Assembly: GCA_002633005.1 (NCBI GenBank)
Contig: NMRA01000183.1
Coordinates: 215,640-279,639 of the forward strand
DNA from: Phoronis australis
Lineage: Eukaryota; Animalia; Phoronida
Length of the DNA: 64,000 nucleotides
Direction of reading: 5' to 3'
Both the position numbers and the translations under genes were made by a program. Numbering within the stretch: position 1 is the stretch's first letter; each line of letters begins with the position of its first letter. Shown here piece by piece: positions 13,211 through 25,340 of this stretch. The notes beneath the pieces were generated by a model. It had not been told where the DNA came from. It ran no database searches and saw only the letters and a program-made list of their open reading frames with translations.

Positions 13211-15355
13211 GTTTCGGCTACACATACGCCCAGCCTTGGTGGTTTTATGGAATTGATTCCTGGTTTCAGAACCAGTCATAACGCCTGTCATTACCGTGGT
13301 GGTAAAGTCTTGTTATTAAATCATAAATTTTAGCCCTGTTTGCTTTGAATATTTCTAATCAAGGCATTCCTCTCACTTGCTTACTTGAAATGTTACCGAA
13401 ATTGAGACGTTTTGGCACGAAACGTGATTGTACGTTATCTCTGTAACCTGAGTAGCGTGACGAAAACCCAAGAACAAAGACCATGTTTTAAAAATTCAAC
13501 CGAGTAAGACCCTGCACTAAGCTACACCACCTGGATGGCTGAAATTTCTGAAGTATTAAAAATCGCATTTAACGGTCTTTTTTTCGATAAATCGGCAGTT
13601 AAAGGAGCATGCCACCCAAAAAACAACCTAATCTGCATGAATTTAGATCGAGTAGTTCTACTCCATAACGACACGTACGGTGGCGTTACCTGACACCTGA
13701 CGGCAGACGGAGGTTGAAATTATCCAATGACGTCATCGGTTTCACACGCAGTCTGCTCAGCAGTTCGCAACACGGGTAACTGGTGTCAGCTTATCGCTTG
13801 AAGTCATCGTTTAACACCAATAAATCATCAAACTTCGATGTAAAATCCTTAAAAATACACTGAATTCTTATAAAAACGTGTTGTTTTATTTCGCTCTTAC
13901 GGATTTATTGGTATTTTGGACACAAAGTTCTAGCCTAGTTCGGCAGGCAAGGTCAGTAGCAGGAGTTTGGGGTCTGTTCGGAGATAATTTCGAAGTATTT
14001 TCCGTGAGATACAGACAGGCGAACCTAGATCTGTATTGTTTAGACTTGTGATGTTTTGAGTTCTGAACACAAAACGCTTGTTATCCTGGTCAGTGGTTCT
14101 GAGCCCGATCAGGCCCGTCGCGGCCTGCCGGATTGACTCGTTATCTCGGCCAGTGGCTCGGAAACTGATCAAACATCACGAACATAAACCAGCCAAAGTT
14201 CAGTGGAAACTAAGCTTCTAGTCAAGAAAATTCTATACTAGTGAGCCAAAGTAATGTGCACGTGATTAAGTTGGCGAATTAGCCACGAAACTGCAAATCT
14301 ACTTCACTCGTCGGGGGCCGCAAATTCAGGTTAACGTTCCGCTTTGGTCACAGCACCGTCAGGGCAGACTAGAGTTTTACATTGACAATCATTATTTGAG
14401 TAATGTAAATGTAAATAAAGATTCCCCTAACACCTGGCCGTGGGATGGAAATCGAATTGTTTCACAACAGTTTCTGCCAGCAAACACTAAATTAGCATGA
14501 TCTCACACGGCTTCGGTGTCCCGTCAATTAGTTTTATTGCACCTAAAGCCGGTAACGCAGTGATTTATTCATTGCTGGCTTCTCAAATCATTTGCACTCA
14601 CGAACACTCCAAAGGCATTACAAATTGCATCTAATGAGACAGACTTTGTTTCAGTTTTATATAAGTATTGGTTAGGGTGAGAATAATTCATTTTGAAACA
14701 GAACGCTCTGTAATAAACGCCAACATGGCAACTCACAATCCCGACTTAGGACGACCTAGAGCTCACCAGTCCCAACTTCGCTGTTGGATCGTTAAGTTTT
14801 ACAGGCTATCAATTCGAACAGGAATATAGTGATGAAGAAATACTAGAGAGGCGCCGTGAACAAGCTCAGACAACGGAACGAATGGAGTTATTTGGTAAGC
14901 CGGCATTCGTCAGGCACTGTCGACGTCTACAGGCCACAGACACGATGTTTCTCGGTCTCATACTTGTTATTTACGGCATACATTTCATTCTTCACTAACA
15001 TGAGCCACTTCCTAAGCGATATACCCGCTTTCCTCGCAGCTGCTTAGTTCGGACAAGCGGGAAAGATGCACCGCAACATAGCGACATTCACTCTGCATAT
15101 GAACCACTGACGTCACTAGTGACCCCTCTTGGCAAGGTAAGGTCGACCGTAAGCGAGGCGATGTGGATATAGACCGATTAAGACGGCAAAAAGACTAATT
15201 AAATCGGGTGGCATTCCTTAAAAACTGACGTTGTGCACTTGTCTTCACGTTGTTACCGTCCCTGTGACAAGAGTGAACGCGAAAACATAGATGTAGGTCA
15301 ACAATTTGACGTGGTGAGAAAAGAATGCTGACCTCACACGTTCGCCTTCACGTTT
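13211..15355 (+). mobile_element. MITE copy A (AGAGAGCTTCGGCTACA-type terminus), interrupted by a Kolobok-type insertion
   Basis: 13336-13598 aligns with 15740-16030, and the alignment resumes after the insertion (15222-15310 with 16030-16115). A terminal remnant gtttcggctacac is at 13211. Confidence 0.65.
13603..15217 (+). mobile_element. Non-autonomous Kolobok-type DNA transposon, family K1 copy 1
   Basis: TTAA|AGGAGCATGCCACCC ... GGGTGGCATTCC|TTAA. Both terminal regions align in reverse orientation with 58465-60388. A TTAA target with AGG..CCT ends is typical of Kolobok. Confidence 0.8.
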
Positions 15356-15597
15356 AATAAGAGAGCCACGGCTACACGTTAAACGCGAACGGGAACGCGC
15401 GAGTCACCAGAGGTCACTGGTTAACGGTCACGTTAGCGTTGTCTTCCAATAGAGAGCTTCGGCTACAGTTCAACGCGAACGGAACGTGTGAGTCACCAGA
15501 GGTCACTGGTTAACGGTCACGTTAGCGTTGTCTTCCAATAGAGAGCTTCGGCTACAGTTCAACGCGAACGTGAACGTGTGAGTCATCAGAGGTCACA
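15356..15597 (+). repeat. About 2.7 tandem copies of an ~89-bp unit derived from a MITE terminus
   Basis: Units start at 15356, 15448 and 15537 (aatagagagcttcggctacagttcaacgcgaac...gagtcaccagaggtcac). Confidence 0.9.
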
Positions 15598-16153
15598 ACG
15601 CCAGAAGAGTGATTCGGGTGTAGGAAATAGTTGGTAACCCCGCGGGCGGAGGGGGCCAAAACTACGGCCGGGTTAACATCATAATATCCTGAGCAGAATG
15701 AAGGATACGTTTGGTGTTTAATTTATAGTCTCAATTATTCCTGTTGGCTTTGGATATTTCTAATCAAAGCGCTCTTCTCATTTGCTTTCACCAAATATTA
15801 CCGAAATCGAGATGTATTTATAAGCATATGTGTCATCCATTACCGCCCCATCACTGTGGTTTTTCTGAGAAAAGTCTGTTACGCGACGATCTCGAGGGTC
15901 TCAGACAAAAGGTCTTATTTCACACATTCAACCAAACAACACACATACACTAAGCTACACCATCTCCTGAGTAGACTTGCAAAAAAATAAAAGTGGCATA
16001 AATTTAACAATCTTTTACGATAAATAGGCAATCGATTTAGGCGAGATCGACTGTCTTCATGTTGTTGTCCTCCGTGGGGCGAGACTGAACGCGAAAATGT
16101 AGGCCAACGTTGTGACGTCACATTTTCGTTTTCTGTTCGTGCAGCCGAAACTC
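15540..16153 (+). mobile_element. MITE copy B (same family as 13211-15355)
   Basis: Left end agagagcttcggctaca and right end tgcagccgaaactct form an imperfect inverted pair; the body is shared with copy A. Confidence 0.7.
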
Positions 16154-16395
16154 TGATATTAAAAACACTGAAACGTAAATCACTCAAAACGTAACGCACG
16201 TACATGTAGGCGTACTCTGCTAGACCCGTAAACTGTCTCTGAATAAGTGTTGACACACTGCTACTGTTACATGTAGAAACCTCTTAGAGCCCCATAAACA
16301 ACAAACTTCGGCCTAATTTTACAACCCCAAACCATACCATTGGTATTGCTAGAGGAGGTAGTCGAAAGTGTCCGCTTCCTATACTCATGACTGTT

Positions 16396-16770
16396 GGTTC
16401 GAGTCCCACTGGGTCACACTGCTAAACCCTTGAGTCAGGTTTTTAGCTCCTTAGCTTGATTTTAACTGTATATTTATAAAGCATAGAAATGGTTTCAGGT
16501 GATCAGTGCAATAGCCCCACCTGAGCATCCTCTGCACGTCTGGTACAACGTGTGCCAGACCGCATGCAATTATCTTTGGTATATAATAAAAAATAATTGC
16601 ACGCGGTCTGATACACGTTGTACCAGACGTGCGCAGGCCTCGCATGTGGGCCCATTGCACTGATCACCTGGAAATATTTTTATGCTTTATCAATATATGG
16701 TTAAAACCGAGCTGAGGAGCTAGAAAACTGGCTCAAGGGTTTAGCAGTGTGACCTGGTGGGACTTAAACC
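16396..16770. mobile_element. Foldback palindromic element, ~375 bp
   Basis: The arms are reverse complements along their length (e.g. cacactgctaaacccttgag / ctcaagggtttagcagtgtg; cacgtctggtacaacgtgt / acacgttgtaccagacgtg), centred at ~16582. Confidence 0.9.
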
Positions 16771-17419
16771 TCTTTGGTATAGTTACAATATCCAATTAAG
16801 AAAACGATTATTTTCACCATCACATGGATGGATTTCCGTTGACCGTTCGCAACATTTACCACTGAAACCGGCAGGTAAATATAATTTGGCGGGGACTGCA
16901 CGTAATTGTGGAAGTCACTGACTTGGAAAAACCCGGCTGTAACTCTTTTATAACCCAGGCATGTTTCGTATCATCTGTAAAGGTAGCAGATACATGTATA
17001 AATGGTTTACCAGGCTTTGAAAGTCGAACACCACGCCATTCTCAATCTTCAAGCTGCGTACGGGTGTCACTTTTGACGTCTGTTCAAGTCTGTTATCACC
17101 TGTTATCACAGGAATATTCCGGCACATTCGCCGATTCTCCATAATGAGAGTCGCATGAATTGCTATTAGGATTGGTAACTTGAGGCTGCAAAATAGCCGG
17201 GGTGTGTTGAATACTTCTTGCTATCACCGGGCTACTTAAGTCACGGAAAATGAAAATTTCCTAAGGATTCCTCAAATACTACAGTACATTCTTACGAAAT
17301 CTGCGGTCGCATGGGTTGCTGCAGAAACATGTTGGGCTGCATGGCACGATCGTGCTTTCCGTAGATTAAAAAAATGCTAGAATGATCTCAAGCATTCGTA
17401 CATTATGATTTGCAGAAAT

Positions 17420-18170
17420 CAACCCGTGATGCTCTGGGATACATTACCTTACGGAATTGGGTGCTGTGCCCGCCCAATGAACGTATGCATGAGCGTTCGA
17501 TTCGCGCTCATCCAGAAAATCTGGATAAGTCACGTGAGACAATCAATAAGTTGCGACAACGGAGTCTGGAAAGTGATTTGTTGCGTTCAACGCAGAGGGA
17601 CAGACCGCGGAGTAGAAGACTATTTTGACTATTCTTACCCTGGAAGTCCGATCTTATTATCCAAGACAACTGCTTGTTATGGGGATCTCGTGACGAGGTC
17701 CACCCAAGCTCGTGAAGTTTCTATGGATATGATCCTCGAACTTCATTCAGGAATGTTGAACTTGAGATGGCTTCTCGCCATACATGTATCTTATTTTTGG
17801 TGACCTGCTATGACTCGGAACTAAAACGAAAAGTGAAGACGTGCCTGCTTCACCATTATTCTGACCACACATTTCCTTAGTGGAAACGTGGAAGTCATAG
17901 TCCTAAGCCCTGTTCACGTGTTCTTGTTGACTATGCTGTGCTTTTGGAAGGGAAAATGTTGTTGATCATTATTGGCGTGACTCGTGACTTGTGTTGGTCA
18001 CCTATTCTGGTGAGGCGTCTGTTAGTCGTTAAAACCAAACGTTTGCACAGTTTGGGCTACCAGATGTTGAGATGTCTGACAATGGCATATATTTTATTGG
18101 AATACCGTGCCAAGAGATGTTAAGAGAGATCGCGCCAACCGATACCTATCGAATGGATTGTGTGACGTGA
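17420..18170 (+). pseudogene. Degenerate Ty3/Gypsy pol (integrase region) relic
   Basis: Frameshifted motifs in the expected order: LIIQDNCLLWGSR (~17653-17691), LELHSG..YFW*PAM..SELKRKVKTCLL (zinc-binding domain), KPCSRVLVDYAVLLEGKMLLIIIG (17905), FGLPDVEMSDNG (18051), SNGL (18149). Confidence 0.8.
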
Positions 18171-20440
18171 TTTTATTAACAACCTGCCGAACTAAAAGGC
18201 GACTTTTTCAAACCAAGTTATGGCGACATTAATCACACAAGCAGATACGTTGCAAACGCCAAAAATGATCTCTCAGGAAGGGGTAATAAATTTTGGTAGT
18301 TCTGCCCTGGTAACGCTTTCTTCCATCCAGCCTTGATCGTGCCAAAGACACCATAGAATATTATTAACTGAAATGAATTACTTTGACAATCCAGTAGATT
18401 CCTTAAACAGACCGTCAGACCAGATGAGGGATTTTTTGTAGACACTGATCGCTCAGCAACCATAAATTTACATGGAAGAAATCACGCAGAGGAAGTGAAC
18501 CATAATATGCCTGAATCAGAAGTCTTTAACGCAGCAGGCCCCTGTGGCATACCCCCGGACAAACGCAGCGGGCCCCGTTGGCATACCCCCAGGCATTGGC
18601 GAGTCAGACCAGAACTGGGTGCTACAGGTCTTATAACAACGTTTTGAGTCAGAATATCGTGATGGATGGATGAACGCTTTAAAACGAGTTTATTATTTCG
18701 CAAAAGATAAAAACGTGAATCCGAACAACTATAAAAGAATCAGCATTAATAGACGTAGCAGTACTGTCAAAAAGATACCGTAAATTGCATTTGCTGTCTT
18801 TGTCACAGTATATTACAAAGAAAATAGGAACGTCTTTGGTAATCTCCTGGAAGAAAAAGTCTGTCGATCCCGTTATCTTCGAGCAGTTGGAGAGGCACTT
18901 TGCCTTCATAGGTCATTTGTTGAACAGGTCTGTCCTTTTTTCAACCAGTGTACCGACTCTACTTTTGACACCCTGGATATCGCCGGTAATGGCCACAGGC
19001 TAGGTGGCCTTCGCTATTTGTTAATTATATGGTCTACTCGACTATTTTCGCTTCAGAAAAGCCGTTGGAAAAGCTAAGCCGCGTGCCGACAAAATAGGTG
19101 TTGTGCTGCACCCCTAAATTAAATTAAAACGTGACTAAACACTTACATAAAAATTAACATCACCCTGATTGTTAAAGGCGAAGGCAACCCTTTTTCATGT
19201 CATTTTTAGCAAAAATAGGGTCCGTTGATTATCCCATACATATTTTTCACTTATTTACAGCTTTTCATAATTTAATTAATTACTCGTCGTCTACCCCGGA
19301 AGTGACGTTTTGGGAGGCAAGAATTTCGAGCCAATTTCTTTTCATAGAGTCTGACTGTGAGAGCAGTCAAGTCAGTCATTATTCTACGTCGGTTGTGATA
19401 AGTTCGGTCGTCGTTTGCTTTTGTTTACAAGTCAGTCAACATGCCACGCTGTTGCTGCCTACCGAGATGTACTCATTATCGTCTCACGTACAGAGGAAGA
19501 ACTGTCTCACTTGCCCGAGTGTCCCGCGACACACTGCCAGTGGATGGTGACTTGAGCACCCAAATTGCTTACATCCCGCCGTGCGACTCCCTCGTCACAC
19601 ACGTGGCACCTTCTAAATAGCTCCAATACAAGTCCACAATAAACTTATCAAACTTAGGCTCACCGATCTGTTCATTGGATGGCGAACTATCCTTTTCACT
19701 GGGTGTCAAACTGGGCCTGTATTCACTCCCACTACTCAACATCGCTGCAGGGCTGCTTACAGGCTCTGGACTACAGACAACAGCACACGGGGAATCACTA
19801 CTAGTTCCTGGAATTGCACGCTATGGGGTACGTTCGGAGGCATGGGCGACAGTAGATGAAGTGCCTTCAGTCACTGTATATAGTGGCCACAGCTTGCGAG
19901 GCTTCTCGCTTCAAAAACGCACTTCTCGGGGGTGGCGACGGGGCACTGCCGGGAATCAACAGCGACGGTATGTAACCCTTCTTCAGGCGTTGTTTTGCAG
20001 GGACCTTCATCAATTCAGCGTACATATCTCTGTCGTAATCTGACGTCTGAAAATGCTTGCCACTGCTTTGAGCGTTGCGTGAACGGGTAGCTCTGCGTTT
20101 TTCACACGAGCGAGCTAGCCAAATACAGTACGGCGAAGTGTGTTATCCTTCGGAAAGTCACGTAAGGTACCCAAAGCACGTGTGAGACGATAATGAGTAC
20201 ACCCTGGTACGCAGCAACAGCGTGGCATGTTGACTTACTCGTAAACAAAAGCAAACGACGACCGACTCGACTAATCACAACAGAGGTTGAACAATGACTG
20301 ACTCGACTGCTCTCACAGTCAGACTGTATGAATAGAAATTGGCGCGAAATTCTTGCCTCCCAAAACGTCACTTCCGGAGTAGAGGACGAGAAATTAATTA
20401 AATTACGAAAAGCTGTGATTAAGTGAAAAATATGTCTGGG
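18011..20440 (+). repeat. Copy 1 of a 2.4-kb near-identical direct duplication abutting the gap
   Basis: Matches 21135-23570 with scattered SNPs and small indels (roughly 2% by eye). Confidence 0.95.
19176..20440 (-). mobile_element. Kolobok-type element K2, copy truncated by the gap
   Basis: TTAA|AGGCGAAGGCAACC start; same sequence as 22303-23570. Confidence 0.85.
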
Positions 20441-21134
20441 NNNNNNNNNNNNNNNNNNNNNNNNNNNNNNNNNNNNNNNNNNNNNNNNNNNNNNNNNNNN
20501 NNNNNNNNNNNNNNNNNNNNNNNNNNNNNNNNNNNNNNNNNNNNNNNNNNNNNNNNNNNNNNNNNNNNNNNNNNNNNNNNNNNNNNNNNNNNNNNNNNNN
20601 NNNNNNNNNNNNNNNNNNNNNNNNNNNNNNNNNNNNNNNNNNNNNNNNNNNNNNNNNNNNNNNNNNNNNNNNNNNNNNNNNNNNNNNNNNNNNNNNNNNN
20701 NNNNNNNNNNNNNNNNNNNNNNNNNNNNNNNNNNNNNNNNNNNNNNNNNNNNNNNNNNNNNNNNNNNNNNNNNNNNNNNNNNNNNNNNNNNNNNNNNNNN
20801 NNNNNNNNNNNNNNNNNNNNNNNNNNNNNNNNNNNNNNNNNNNNNNNNNNNNNNNNNNNNNNNNNNNNNNNNNNNNNNNNNNNNNNNNNNNNNNNNNNNN
20901 NNNNNNNNNNNNNNNNNNNNNNNNNNNNNNNNNNNNNNNNNNNNNNNNNNNNNNNNNNNNNNNNNNNNNNNNNNNNNNNNNNNNNNNNNNNNNNNNNNNN
21001 NNNNNNNNNNNNNNNNNNNNNNNNNNNNNNNNNNNNNNNNNNNNNNNNNNNNNNNNNNNNNNNNNNNNNNNNNNNNNNNNNNNNNNNNNNNNNNNNNNNN
21101 NNNNNNNNNNNNNNNNNNNNNNNNNNNNNNNNNN
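20441..21134. other. Assembly gap (694 N)
   Basis: Run of N. Confidence 1.
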
Positions 21135-23570
21135 TGAGGCGTCTGTTAGTCGTTAAAACCAAACGTTTGCACAGTTTGGGCTACCAGATGTTGAGATGTC
21201 TGACAATGGCATATATTTTATTGGAATACCGTGCCAAGAGATGTTAAGAGAGATCGTGCCAACCGATACCTATCGAAAGGATTGTGTGACGTGATTTTAT
21301 TAACAACCTGCCGAACTAAAAGGCGACTTTTTCAAACCAAGCTAAAGGCGACATTAATCACACAAGCAGATACGTTGCAAACGCCAAAAATGATCTCTCA
21401 GGAAGGGGTACTAAATTTTGGTAGTTCTGCCCTGGTAACGCTTTCTTCCATCCAGCCTTGATGGTGCCAAAGACACCATAGAATATTATTAACTGAAATG
21501 AATTACTTTGACAATCCAGTAGATTCCTTAAACAGACCGTCAGACCAGATGAGGGATTTTTTGTAGACACTGATCGCTCAGCAACAATAAATTTACATGG
21601 AAGAAATCACCGCAGAGGAAGTGAACCATAATATGCCTGAATCAGAAGTCTTTAACGCAGCAGGCCCCTGTGGCATACCCCCGGACGAACGCAGCGGGCC
21701 CCGTTGGCATACCCCCAGGCATTGGCGAGTCAGACGAGAACTGGGGGCTACAGGTCTTATAACAACGTTTTGAGTCAGAATATCGTGATGGATGGATGAA
21801 CGCTTTAAAACAAGTTTATTATTTCGCAAAAGATAAAAACGTGAATCCGAACAACTATAAAAGAATCAGCATTAATAGACGTGGCAGTACTGTCAAAAAC
21901 ATACCGTAAATTGCATTTGTTGTCTTTGTCACAGTATATTACAAAGAAAATAGGAACGTCTTTGGTAATCTCCTAGAAGAAAAAGTCTGTCGATCCCGTT
22001 ATCTTCGAGCAGTTGGAGAGGCACTTTGCCTTCATACGTCATTTGTTGAACAGGTCTGTCCTTTTTTTCAACCAGTGTACCGACTCTACTTTTGACACCC
22101 TGGATATCGCCGGTAATGGCCACAGGCTAGGTGGCCTTCGCTATTTGTTAATTATATGGTCTACTCGACTATTTTCGCTTCAGAAAAGCCGTTGGAAAAG
22201 CTAAGCCGCGCGCCGACAAAATAGGTGTTGTGCTGCACCCCTAAATTAAATTAAAACGTGACTAAACACTTACATATAAATTAACATCACCCTGATTGTT
22301 AAAGGCGAAGGCAACCCTTTTTCATGTCATTTTTAGCAAAAATAGGGTTCGTTGATTATCCCATACATATTTTTCACTTATTTACAGCTTTTCATACTTT
22401 AATTAATTACTCGTCGTCTACCCCGGAAGTGACTTTTTGGGAGGCAAGAATTTCGCGCCAATCTCTTTTCATAGAGTCTGACTGTGAGAGCAGTCAAGTC
22501 AGTCATTATTCTACGTCGGTTGTGATAAGTTCGGTCGTCGTTTGCTTTTGTTTACGAGTCAGTCAACATGCCACGCTGTTGCTGCCTACCGAGATGTACT
22601 CATTATCGTCTCACGTACAGAGGAAGAACAACTGTCCCACTTGCTCGAGTGTCCCGCGACACACTGCCAGTGGATGGTGACTTGAGCACCCAAACTGCTT
22701 ACATCCCGCCGTGCGACTCCCTCGTCACACACGTGGCACCTTCTAAATAGCTCCAATACAAGTCCACAATAAACTTATCAAACTTAGGCTCACCCATCTG
22801 TTCATTGGATGGCGAACTATCCTTTTCACTGGGTGTCAAACTGGGCCTGTGTTCACTCCCACTACTCAACATCGCTGCAGGGCTGCTTACAGGCTCTGGA
22901 CTACAGACAACAGCACACGGGGAATCACTACTAGTTCCTGGAATTGCACGCTATGGGGTACGTTCGGTGGCATGGGCGACAGTAGATGAAGTGGCTTCAG
23001 TCACTGTATATAGTGGCCACAGCTTGCGAGGCTTCTCGCTTCAAAAACGCACTTCTCGGGGGTGGCGACGGGGCACTGCCGGGAATCAACAGCGACGGTA
23101 TGTAACCCTTCTTCAGGCGTTGTTTTGCAAGGACCTTCATCAATTCAGCGTACATATCTCTGTCGTAATCTGACGTCTGAAAATGCTTGCCACTGCTTTG
23201 TGCGTTGCGTGAACGGGTAGCTCTGCGTTTTTCACACGAGCGAGCTAGCCAAGTACAGTACGGCGAAGTGTGTCATCCTTCGGAAAGTCATGTAAGGTAC
23301 CCAAAGCACGTGTGAGACGATAATGAGTACACCCTGGTACGCAGCAACAGCGTGGCATGTTGACTGACTCGTAAACAAAAGCAAACGACGACCGACTCGA
23401 CTTATCACAACAGAGGTTGAACAATGACTGACTCGACTGCTCTCACAGTCAGACTGTATGAATAGAAATTGGCGCGCAATTCTTGCCTCCCAAAACGTCA
23501 CTTCCGGAGTAAAGGACGAGAAATTAATTAAATTACGAAAAGCTGTGATTAAGTGAAAAATATGTCTGGG
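21135..23570 (+). repeat. Copy 2 of the 2.4-kb duplication
   Basis: Starts immediately after the gap with tgaggcgtctgttag (= 18011). Confidence 0.95.
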
Positions 23571-23627
23571 ATAATCAACAGGCCTTTGTTTTGCTAAAAG
23601 TGACATGAAAAAAGGTTGCCTTCCCAT
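22303..23627 (-). mobile_element. Kolobok-type element K2, 1.3 kb, with ~310-bp terminal inverted repeats and TTAA TSD
   Basis: TTAA(22299-22302)|AGGCGAAGGCAACC ... GGTTGCCTTCCCAT|TTAA(23628-23631); 22303-22615 is the imperfect reverse complement of 23310-23627. Confidence 0.9.
22631..23358 (-). pseudogene. Decayed THAP-domain Kolobok transposase N-terminus
   Basis: Manual translation across frameshifts gives the THAP signature MPRCCCVPGCT..LHDFPKDDTLRRT/WLAR..SGKHFQTSDY..RLKKGYIPSL, then KFIV/LELFRRCHVCDEG..GAQVTIHWQCVAGHSSKWDS (Cys/His module that precedes the catalytic core in Kolobok-type transposases). No DDE core is present. Confidence 0.8.
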
Positions 23628-25087
23628 TTAACTGGATCTACTCTGTGGAAAATATAGAAAGGCAGAGAATAAATGTCACTCGGTTACGTCTCATGTTGCA
23701 TGTGCATGTAGCTTAGCAAGTCAAGCAGGAAGGTGGTTGCCACTTCCCAGAGGGAAAAGGAGACGTTTGTGCTTTTGTGGTAACATTCTAGTTTCCCTAG
23801 ACAAACTGATCAAGAATGCTTATGCGTGTACAATTAAATACTTTCGCTCATCACGTTCGAATACACTCCTCCAGCCTTGGCACCTACGATAGTCAGCTTA
23901 ACCTCAATGGCAATTGGTTTAGCAGCATATTTGTGTCAAGCCCTGTATTGGCTTAAATTGTGATTAAAGTTTCGATGTCTTTTAATTGCTCTGTGCCGTA
24001 TCTCATACACTTTTTGTGTCTTCACCTTGCTCCTTTATGGACGTGCATTTGAAGAAGTCGCTACTCCTACTAATGAATGCAATGACGTCCACCATATAAC
24101 AACTGTCCCTTACCATTTCTTTACCAACCTGTAGTAGAAGACGCTGTTCAGATCAGTAAGGCGAGTGTAAGGAAAACTGAGTTCCACATGCTACCACCGA
24201 AAGATCGCACATACAGTTGACGCTAGGACACACTGTCTCGACAAGCTTCCTCCAGTAGACATTTTGAACAGCAAGGTGCACTGACGAAAGGTTAAACAAG
24301 CACGTGCAAGTTACCGCAAGTTTGCTGACGGAGGTTCTGTAATCAGCATTTCTCTAGAGGACCTGCGTGGATACTAGTGTCGTGACAGAGAGATCATGGT
24401 CGATGTCTTGTGTGGTTCGCTTGGAGCAAAACCGCGAAATCTTGGTCACCTGCAGAGTCATGTAGTTGAATTTAACCCTCAATCTATTCTTGAGGTCTTA
24501 CAACTTTTATCACCAAGATCGACTGCACTAGTGCGTCAACTGAGAGCCAACCAATGAAGTCCCTGAAAACGTTCTTACGACGCTATCGCCTGGTGCACTG
24601 GATTGACCGACTCAGTCCATGTACCGGTTACTTAGCCCCTCCGTGAGCGTGTGTACGGAAATCACTGAGTAGTTCGTTTTGATTCATGTCGTGCATATTG
24701 AAACTTATTATAGACTTTTCAAGCAAAATTACGCCCTGTTTAGTTGACAAAAGTACAGGAATGGAGTTAAAAGCATTTTGACTCAAACTGATCTCATAAT
24801 ATTATTAACCTTCATAGTATCCTTATTCCATTAACGACTCAAGTCACAGGCAACGCGTAGCATACTTTCGTCATTTTCAAATTCGCAATTTGTGGATGGC
24901 CAGACGGACCCAATAAACTCTTAAGCATTTTCTTGAACTGACGGTAACGGAAACCGAAATAGAACCCCTCTGACGTCAATTAATATTATGAAATCGGATA
25001 TTTGGACTGTTGCCTAATGAAGAGACATTTTGATTATTTGTACTGAGTTAAGGGAAAATAAACTGTGTCCTGTAACTTACTGCCAAG

Positions 25088-25340
25088 CATCCGCGCACCA
25101 AGCCTTCAAAATGGGGGGCTCAAATTCCTGACGTTATGGACCTTTTGCTAACAAAAGGGCGGGCGGACTAAGAAAAAAAAACGGGAGCACCACTGTGAGT
25201 TGCGCGTTTGCGCTTATTTACTGGACTTTTGTCCCATTTCCTCGGACATTTTGTCTCTCAGAGGCGGACCTTTGTGCCCACTTCGCCAAATCGGGGGGTG
25301 GTTCGAGCCCCCGGAGCCCCCCCCCCCGGGTACGCGCATG
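25088..25340. mobile_element. MITE with CATGCGCGCAC-type TIR and 5-bp TSD CCAAG
   Basis: ccaag|catccgcgcacc ... ggtacgcgcatg|ccaag. Confidence 0.9.

Noticed and set aside
15356-15597. CRISPR-like appearance of the 89-bp repeats
   Set aside because: Units are identical end to end with no unique spacers, there are no cas genes, and the context is eukaryotic
20419-21247. ORFs spanning the N run
   Set aside because: Artefacts of the gap
23800-24270. Possible gag-like relic on the minus strand
   Set aside because: Too degenerate to give ordered motifs
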